DNA from: Flavobacteriaceae bacterium
Lineage (GTDB): Bacteria > Bacteroidota > Bacteroidia > Flavobacteriales > Flavobacteriaceae
Length of the DNA: 64,000 nt
Assembly: GCA_947456815.1 (NCBI GenBank)
Contig: CANGTL010000004.1
Coordinates: forward strand, 22,958 to 86,957
Reading direction: 5' to 3'
Below the pieces are notes generated by a model. It ran no database searches, was not told where the DNA came from, and worked only from the letters and a program-made list of their open reading frames with translations. The stretch's first letter is position 1. Each line of letters begins with the position of its first letter. Shown piece by piece: positions 57,349-64,000 of this stretch. The translations under genes were made by a program, and so were the position numbers.

Positions 57349-60300
57349 TTAGTCATCGGTAGGAATAGCATCGGAATTTACTTTTTCTGGAGTTTTTTCC
57401 TTTTCTCTTTCTTTTTCCTTTTTCTTATCGAAATTGATATACTCTGGCAATAAATTAGAATCATCTGTGGTTTTCTCTGCCTTTTTGACCAATTCAATTT
57501 TTTGATTTTTAAAAATCTTATGAAGTAATTGTTTGAAAGTTGTAAAATCGACTTGATAATTGATTCCGATTCCCTGCGTATAACCTATACCTTGTCCGAT
57601 ATAGGTGATGTCGTTTTCCTTATTAAAAACGTGAAGGTTTAGCGTTCCATCTTCATTGACACGATAAAGCACTTCTACATCTCCAACAATCGCCGATTGA
57701 TTAATTCCGCCCACTGGAACTCCCAATTTTCCATTGATACTTATGCGGTCACTCACTTTTGTAGTAACTGTGAGACCTACTCTACCATCAGTTTCTCTTC
57801 CTGGATTTCTGTCGGCAGAAACTAAGTCTACACCCACAGTAATTTTGTCTTCAGCGTCGTTAAGAATTGAACCGAAAATATCACCAACTTTCTCGTAAAG
57901 GTTGTTAGTGATCGACGTTTGATTGATTCCCTCTACGCTTAAGAAATTACCAGTAGAAAGCAAAATCAACGCCTGTTTTTGACGGACATCTTTGTCGTCT
58001 AATTTGGTTTGAATTTCGGACTTAAGAATTGAACTAACGGTTGGGAAATTAATGGTAAATTCCGGATTTGGATTACTTAAGTTTCCTTTGACGCCAATTA
58101 CAACCTCTACATCTACTTTCTTACTGAATGAAGAATTTTCTATTAGCAAGGCTGGATTCGCCGTTGTTTTGTATACCGCTTCTACATTTAGGATTGCTTT
58201 CATTGGGTCACCTTCCCAAACCACAGAACCTCCTTTTTTGATCGTAAATTGCTTGTTGATGATACCGCCGTACTTGAAATTATAGGTTCCTTCATACGCT
58301 TGAAAATCTCCCCACATATTGAACTTACCTAATGTATTAATTTTAAATAGCAACGACCCAAATCCTTTGCCTTTCATGCCATGACCTGAATTTCTATCTA
58401 GTATGATTTCTACCTCTGCTTCTGGAGTGATATCAAAATTAAATTCCAATTCAACGCCGTCATATTTTTTTGCAACAGCTGCTAGTCCTTTCTTGGTTCT
58501 GTACTTTTCGTCAGAGGTTATAAAGTGAATGTAATTGCTATCTCCAGTTGCTTCCGCGTCATTAATAGGAATTTTGATCGCCGTTCCTTTTTCTGATTTC
58601 CCGTCGACTTTAATGAAGAGTTTATTTAACGGTCCGACAATATTCGCTTCTCCGTCCATATAGGCGGTTCCGAAGTAAGCTGCATCTTCACTATCTTTTG
58701 TATCCAATGCCAAAATTCTTTTTGAGCTGAGGTTAAGATCGAGATTCCAATCAGAGAAATTAGTATGGCCAATACTTCCGTAGAGTTTACCTCTGGTGTT
58801 GTATTTTGTGTCTCTAATAATTGCATTTCTGATGATGAAGCGCTTCTCTGTTACGTCAACAACCGTCTGATCATCTACTTGATAATCAGTGTTTAGATAC
58901 GGAATTCCAAGTCCTGCTTTGTCCACAAATAGTCGACCATTAATATCGAGGTTATCGAAATTTCCAGAAATATTTGATCTACCCGAGGCAAATCCTCTTA
59001 TATTAGAAATGACGTCGCCTCCGAATGAATTCAAAATCCCTAAGTTAAATTGGTCAAATTCCATGTCGATATCAAAAGCTGTTTTTTGATCTACAACTTC
59101 AAAACTACCTTCTGCAACAAAGGCTGCAACATTTTTGTTTTCTATCGAGGAATTAAGATAAAATTTTTGAAAATTTTCGTCACCTTTTAACTCTAAGTTC
59201 ATTTTGCCCAAAGCTACATCATTGATCACCAAATCGTCGATGGTGACTGAAGAAGTCGGCTGATAAATAGCTTCATTTTGTTTTAAGTTTACAACGCCAT
59301 TCAGCATTCCATCTATCTTAAATCGATCTAATTTTGGAAGCAACTTTTCGAGTTGAACTTGTGTAAAATTTAGACTTAAATCTTTGTAAGTGTTCGAAAG
59401 TAAATCCCCATTTAAGTTGACTTTTTGATTGTCATGTGACAAAGCGATGTTATCAATATTAAATTTTTTGAATTTTTTATCGAATACAATTCTATTCTGA
59501 TCATCGTCCTTTTCGTTCAAATACCATAGGAAATTGTTAAACTGGAGTTCAGATTTTTGAATACCTACGACATTTTGCCGTTGCGCATCAATGGTGTGAT
59601 ATAAATTAAGACTGAATGCATCTTGACCGGTATCGCCTCCTTTGAATTCTGTTCGCAAAAACAAAGTATCCTTAGTGGTAACATTAATGAGACTAAAATC
59701 CCGCGCTTTATAATACTTCGTTTTGATTGAGTCTAGAGAAATATAAGTATTGAATAATGGATTTTTATTGTCTACGTCGACTTTAATATTGTCGAACGTA
59801 TTGTTATATGCAGTAATCTCTGGCGATGAAAAATTAAACTTAAAGTCATCTTTGTCTGAGTCAATAAATCCGCGCATTTGAGTATTATTTCCAATGTTGA
59901 TTTCTGGGTAGAAAATTTCGACAATCTTGTTATATAAACTAAAATCAAATCTTAGGTATTGACCTTTAGGAATTGGGTTTCTAGAATAATTAGCATATAA
60001 ACTTCCTGCAGAATTTTCAAGCATCTTCTTTAGCAAACCAACCTTAAACTTACCAACAACTTTCCCTTGGATGATATCTGGAGATTCTATCGCTATGGTT
60101 CTTACCTTGTCGGCATCAAAACTTGAGTGTATTGAAAAATCATCAAAATAATAACTGTTCTTACTATTTTGATATGAGGTTTCAGAGAAATGTATGTCAC
60201 CTTTCAAATCATCGAGGTTGTTTCCGGCAACGTTGGTGTTTATTCGACCTTTGAAAATTGCAATAGAGTCTTTTTTAAGAAAATTCAAGCGGTATAAATT

Positions 60301-61818
60301 GGCGTAATCTACTTTGGTTTCAAAATCAAAAGCAATATCTTTTTTACTAAAATTAGCCAACCCATTAAAATCTAAAAATAAATTTGGATCATTGATAAAG
60401 ACCTTTCCTTTGAAAATAGGATCTTTATAAACACCATCCACGATAACCTTCGTATAGGTATAACCATTATATCGAACTTTATATATGTCGCCGGAGAATT
60501 TTGTATCGACGTTTTTCTTTGTAAATCCTTTTCCGTCAACGTCAATGTTTAGTGTTATTTTCTCGACATCTTTTTCGCCTAGAAAAGAGCCCACATTAAA
60601 TTCTTCTAAAATGATGTTTCCTTTGTAATTTGCATTGTCGATATTATCAATATTGTTCATGCTCAGTTCAGATTGAACATTTCCTAGAGCTGTCGACATA
60701 TAAAAATCTGTGACAATTGTCTTGGTGGTAATTTCAGCGTTACCACGGATGTTAAACTGTCCTAACTTCTTCAATGATGAAGGGAGTTTTGTTCCTAAAA
60801 CATTGGGAAGCAATTTGATCAAATTGTCATAATTGGAAACAACTTTGCTAAAATCCCCTTTCATATAAAAAGGTTGTTTTTCATTTCCAAATAAGTTCTT
60901 AAAGTTTACATTCCCAACAATTTGAGAGTTCTTGCTGTCAACTAATCTCATACGACGAGCTGTCAAGTCGTTGAGTGTTCCTGTAATATGAGCTTTTAGT
61001 GTGAAGTTTTGATTTTTACCAATCTCCTTATAAAAATACCAAATATCGTTAGTAGCAAGTGACGCTTGATCTACTAAAATATTAAAGTGTACTTTGTTAT
61101 TAAAATCCTGAAAGTCTTGTCTTTTGTAATTAAGCGCCACATTACCTTTAAACAAAGAGCCCATTGTCATGATATCTAAATCAGTCAATAATATCTGCTT
61201 TTTAGTGTAACTAAATGCTGACTCAAGGTTCTTGACAAATAGACCACGATGGTCTTGAAAAGACATTCGATCTATATGTGTAGTAACATTCGGACCTTTG
61301 ATTTTGAAATTACTTAAATGAGCGTTAAGCTTAGTAAAATCGACATCTTTCGGAACTTCTCGATTTTCATCTATTACAATTAGACGGCTCTTCTGTAGTG
61401 TAATATTTTTCGAAGTAAATAGGAAATTACCTGAGGATGGTTTTCCGTCGTCAAAAGCATCAATGAATAGATTTAAATTTGAGTCGTTCTCCTTTTTATA
61501 CGTTTTCATATTGAGAAGCAGACGGTCTATTCGAATATCTCCAAAAATTAATTTGCCATTGATTAGTTTATTAACGTCTAAAATACTAGTGGAAATACGA
61601 TTGGCATAAATCAGTGTGTCCTTGTGATGATCTTTAATTAGCACTTTCTTAAGCTTGACACCACCGTAAATTGTTACTGCAATTTGCTCTATTTGAATAT
61701 CGGTTTTGTATTCTTTATTCAAATTTTCCGTCACATACTGCGCAATTCTAGTTTGAACTTCTGGTAAAGTCAACGCAATACCAAGTGCTAGAAGTAGCAA
61801 TAGTAGAAAGAGGAACAA
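57349..61818 (-). CDS. tamB: Translocation and assembly module TamB (DUF490)
   Basis: About 1490 aa with an N-terminal TM anchor, beta-rich repeats and a C-terminal DUF490-like region. The start codon is uncertain (see findings). Confidence 0.88.
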   Translation of the reverse strand: MFLFLLLLLLALGIALTLPEVQTRIAQYVTENLNKEYKTDIQIEQIAVTIYGGVKLKKVLIKDHHKDTLIYANRISTSILDVNKLINGKLIFGDIRIDRLLLNMKTYKKENDSNLNLFIDAFDDGKPSSGNFLFTSKNITLQKSRLIVIDENREVPKDVDFTKLNAHLSNFKIKGPNVTTHIDRMSFQDHRGLFVKNLESAFSYTKKQILLTDLDIMTMGSLFKGNVALNYKRQDFQDFNNKVHFNILVDQASLATNDIWYFYKEIGKNQNFTLKAHITGTLNDLTARRMRLVDSKNSQIVGNVNFKNLFGNEKQPFYMKGDFSKVVSNYDNLIKLLPNVLGTKLPSSLKKLGQFNIRGNAEITTKTIVTDFYMSTALGNVQSELSMNNIDNIDNANYKGNIILEEFNVGSFLGEKDVEKITLNIDVDGKGFTKKNVDTKFSGDIYKVRYNGYTYTKVIVDGVYKDPIFKGKVFINDPNLFLDFNGLANFSKKDIAFDFETKVDYANLYRLNFLKKDSIAIFKGRINTNVAGNNLDDLKGDIHFSETSYQNSKNSYYFDDFSIHSSFDADKVRTIAIESPDIIQGKVVGKFKVGLLKKMLENSAGSLYANYSRNPIPKGQYLRFDFSLYNKIVEIFYPEINIGNNTQMRGFIDSDKDDFKFNFSSPEITAYNNTFDNIKVDVDNKNPLFNTYISLDSIKTKYYKARDFSLINVTTKDTLFLRTEFKGGDTGQDAFSLNLYHTIDAQRQNVVGIQKSELQFNNFLWYLNEKDDDQNRIVFDKKFKKFNIDNIALSHDNQKVNLNGDLLSNTYKDLSLNFTQVQLEKLLPKLDRFKIDGMLNGVVNLKQNEAIYQPTSSVTIDDLVINDVALGKMNLELKGDENFQKFYLNSSIENKNVAAFVAEGSFEVVDQKTAFDIDMEFDQFNLGILNSFGGDVISNIRGFASGRSNISGNFDNLDINGRLFVDKAGLGIPYLNTDYQVDDQTVVDVTEKRFIIRNAIIRDTKYNTRGKLYGSIGHTNFSDWNLDLNLSSKRILALDTKDSEDAAYFGTAYMDGEANIVGPLNKLFIKVDGKSEKGTAIKIPINDAEATGDSNYIHFITSDEKYRTKKGLAAVAKKYDGVELEFNFDITPEAEVEIILDRNSGHGMKGKGFGSLLFKINTLGKFNMWGDFQAYEGTYNFKYGGIINKQFTIKKGGSVVWEGDPMKAILNVEAVYKTTANPALLIENSSFSKKVDVEVVIGVKGNLSNPNPEFTINFPTVSSILKSEIQTKLDDKDVRQKQALILLSTGNFLSVEGINQTSITNNLYEKVGDIFGSILNDAEDKITVGVDLVSADRNPGRETDGRVGLTVTTKVSDRISINGKLGVPVGGINQSAIVGDVEVLYRVNEDGTLNLHVFNKENDITYIGQGIGYTQGIGINYQVDFTTFKQLLHKIFKNQKIELVKKAEKTTDDSNLLPEYINFDKKKEKEREKEKTPEKVNSDAIPTDD

Positions 61819-61921
61819 GCGAATAACTATTTTTCTAACTCTTTTGATATTTGATGCTTTAATAAAGGATTTAATTTAATATTTACCAATAAGAATCAAT
61901 TGCCCGTGACAAAAAAAAGGC

Positions 61922-61929
61922 TAATTTTG
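61922..61929 (+). promoter_or_regulatory. -7 promoter element TAATTTTG for the tsaD unit
   Basis: Exact TAnnTTTG in the divergent intergenic region. Confidence 0.5.
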
Positions 61930-61997
61930 GCTTCGCTGTAAAAATAGAATATTTTGACAGGATTTAGTCAAATAATATTCAAAAATTGCAAGTATTT

Positions 61998-63020
61998 ATG
62001 CCTAAAAAACCAGTTTTTATATTAGCAATCGAAAGTTCATGTGATGATACTGCCGCTGCTATACTTCAAAACGATAAAGTCTTGTCTAATGTTGTCGCGA
62101 ATCAGTTAATTCATAATGAATTCGGCGGCGTTGTACCTGAGTTGGCATCGCGTGCTCACCAATTAAATATCGTGCCAGTTATCGATGTTGCGCTCAAAAA
62201 GGCAGGAATCCAAAAAGAAGATCTATCGGCCATAGCCTTTACTCAAGGTCCAGGTTTGATGGGCTCATTGCTAGTGGGTAGTTCATTTGCTAAGTCAATG
62301 TCGATTGCGCTTGATATTCCCTTAATAGCTGTCAATCACATGCAAGCACATATTTTGGCGCACTTTATTGATGAGGAAGGATTTGATAAACCAGTATTCC
62401 CTTTTCTTGCATTAACGATTTCTGGTGGACATACACAGATTGTGCGCGTGAATGATTTTTTCGATATGGAAATCATCGGCGAAACTACCGATGATGCGGT
62501 TGGTGAAGCTTTTGACAAAAGCGCTAAAATACTTGGACTTCCATATCCAGGCGGCCCATTGGTTGACAAACATGCGCAAAAAGGCAATCCAAATGCTTTT
62601 GTTTTTACGAAGCCAAAAGTTCCTAATTTGGACTTTAGTTTTTCAGGATTAAAAACTGCGATTCTGTATTTTATTCAAAAGAAAACTGCAGAAAATCCAG
62701 ATTTCGTCAATGAAAATATAGACGATATTTGTGCTTCTATTCAAAATACCATCATAGAGATATTGATGGAAAAGCTCCAATTGGCAGTAAAGCAAACTGG
62801 AATAAAGCAAGTTGCCATCGGCGGCGGTGTTTCTGCGAATTCCGGAATTAGAAGCACACTAAAGGCGGCAGAGGAAAAATATGGTTGGAAAACTTACATT
62901 CCTAAATTCGAATACACAACAGACAATGCCGCAATGATTGGAATTGTTGGTTACCAAAAATTTCTGACTGATAATTTTGAAACCTCAGGCGTCGTTTCTA
63001 AAGCAAGAATCTCTTTTTAA
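61998..63020 (+). CDS. tsaD: tRNA N6-adenosine threonylcarbamoyltransferase
   Basis: IESSCDDT, GGVVPELASRAH, NHMQAH, SGGHT, GEAFDK and DNAAMI. ATG 61998 preferred over TTG 61986. Confidence 0.97.
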   Translation: MPKKPVFILAIESSCDDTAAAILQNDKVLSNVVANQLIHNEFGGVVPELASRAHQLNIVPVIDVALKKAGIQKEDLSAIAFTQGPGLMGSLLVGSSFAKSMSIALDIPLIAVNHMQAHILAHFIDEEGFDKPVFPFLALTISGGHTQIVRVNDFFDMEIIGETTDDAVGEAFDKSAKILGLPYPGGPLVDKHAQKGNPNAFVFTKPKVPNLDFSFSGLKTAILYFIQKKTAENPDFVNENIDDICASIQNTIIEILMEKLQLAVKQTGIKQVAIGGGVSANSGIRSTLKAAEEKYGWKTYIPKFEYTTDNAAMIGIVGYQKFLTDNFETSGVVSKARISF

Positions 63021-63022
63021 TT

Positions 63023-63727
63023 ATGCAATTATTTTACAATCCATCGATTTCTGAAAGCACAAAGGAGTTCACTTTTGATAGAGAAGAAAGTAAACATATT
63101 ATTAAAGTGCTTAGAAAAAAGGATGGCGATATATTGTTTGTTACTAATGGTTTAGGATTTTTATTTGAATGTAGTATTGTACTTGCGATTGAAACAAAGT
63201 GCACCGTTGCCATCGTACGTTTCAATAAATCACAACCAACAAATGTCCAACTTCATCTCGCGGTTGCTCCAACTAAAATGAACGATCGATTTGAGTGGTT
63301 TCTAGAAAAGGCAACAGAGATTGGTATTTCAGAAATCACACCAATTATTTGCGAGCATTCCGAACGTAAACACATAAAAACAGAGCGTTTCGAAAAAATA
63401 GTAATTGCGGCAATGAAGCAATCTAACCAGTATTATTTGCCGAAGTTGAATGAACCAATTCTCTTCAAAGATTTTATGAAACTAAAGTTTTCTGGGCAAT
63501 TGTATATTGCACATTGTGAAGAAACCGACAAGAAACTGTTGAAGGATTTGTTACAAACACGATCAGATGTGACCATACTAATTGGGCCTGAAGGTGATTT
63601 TAGTACTAAAGAAATTCAATCCGCAATTGATAATAACTTTATTCCTGTATCTTTGGGAAATACAAGACTGCGCACAGAGACTGCTGCAATTGTTGCGTGT
63701 CACAGTGTAGTTTTTGTAAATGAATAA
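63023..63727 (+). CDS. rsmE: 16S rRNA m3U1498 methyltransferase
   Basis: HIIKVLR, EKATEIG, IGPEGDF and LGNTRLRTETA. Confidence 0.97.
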   Translation: MQLFYNPSISESTKEFTFDREESKHIIKVLRKKDGDILFVTNGLGFLFECSIVLAIETKCTVAIVRFNKSQPTNVQLHLAVAPTKMNDRFEWFLEKATEIGISEITPIICEHSERKHIKTERFEKIVIAAMKQSNQYYLPKLNEPILFKDFMKLKFSGQLYIAHCEETDKKLLKDLLQTRSDVTILIGPEGDFSTKEIQSAIDNNFIPVSLGNTRLRTETAAIVACHSVVFVNE

Positions 63728-63736
63728 AAGTTAAAG

Positions 63737-64000
63737 ATGAAATATTTTTTTGTTTTTGTTATTTTTTCGTTGAGTTTAAATGCGCAGGAAATAGCCTTAT
63801 TAAAATATAATGGCGGCGGCGATTGGTATGCTAATCCAACGTCTTTACCTAACTTAATAAAGTTTTGTAATCAAAATATTGGTACAAGAATCAAATCTAA
63901 ACCAGGGCTTGTAGAACCGAGAAGCCCAGATCTCTTTTCGTATCCATTTGTTCATATGACAGGTCATGGAAATGTAGTATTTTCCGAAGCGGATCAAATT
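63737..64000 (+). CDS. DUF4159 family exported protein, 5' partial
   Basis: Not in the ORF track. Translates as MKYFFVFVIFSLSLNAQEIALLKYNGGGDWYANPTSLPNL...YPFVHMTGHGNV and is open to the window edge. Confidence 0.85.
   Translation, partial: MKYFFVFVIFSLSLNAQEIALLKYNGGGDWYANPTSLPNLIKFCNQNIGTRIKSKPGLVEPRSPDLFSYPFVHMTGHGNVVFSEADQI

Overview
AT-rich Bacteroidota chromosome segment, most likely Flavobacterium or a close Flavobacteriaceae relative. The assignment rests on T9SS type A and B C-terminal domains, TAnnTTTG -7 promoter elements, Gln at +1 of most signal peptides and a fused E1 alpha/beta dehydrogenase. About 50 protein genes are supported. I found no rRNA, tRNA, CRISPR array, transposase or prophage genes. 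Most of 22-64 kb is housekeeping and envelope genes (E1, ung, mutS2, aroC, bshA, GH3-AmiE, MlaD, amidase, lptD, mgsA, gapA, pfkA, tamB, tsaD, rsmE). The first 22 kb is accessory-like. It holds the start of a type III PKS operon (FAD oxidoreductase, methyltransferase, PKS; the PKS is missing from the ORF track), an MFS/acs unit, a nine-gene aromatic catabolic cluster (6477-16514) and a 1689-aa T9SS adhesin. The best candidate for a new system is the catabolic cluster. It combines an aminobenzoate/salicylate-type CoA ligase, an AbmA/SdgC-type monooxygenase whose OYE reductase domain has lost two catalytic residues, a thioesterase, a gentisate-type dioxygenase, an FAH hydrolase, a nitrilase and a maleate isomerase. 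Together these could route anthranilate via 5-hydroxyanthranilate and a nitrogen-retaining ring-cleavage product to maleate and fumarate; this pathway is inference and untested. The intergenic DNA carries five related modular REP-like hairpin elements with nested inner modules. The four TAG-bounded copies include three that supply a gene's stop codon. It also carries several 7/8-mer tandem arrays, most of them just upstream of start codons. Start codons were refined from the ORF track where the sequence supports it.
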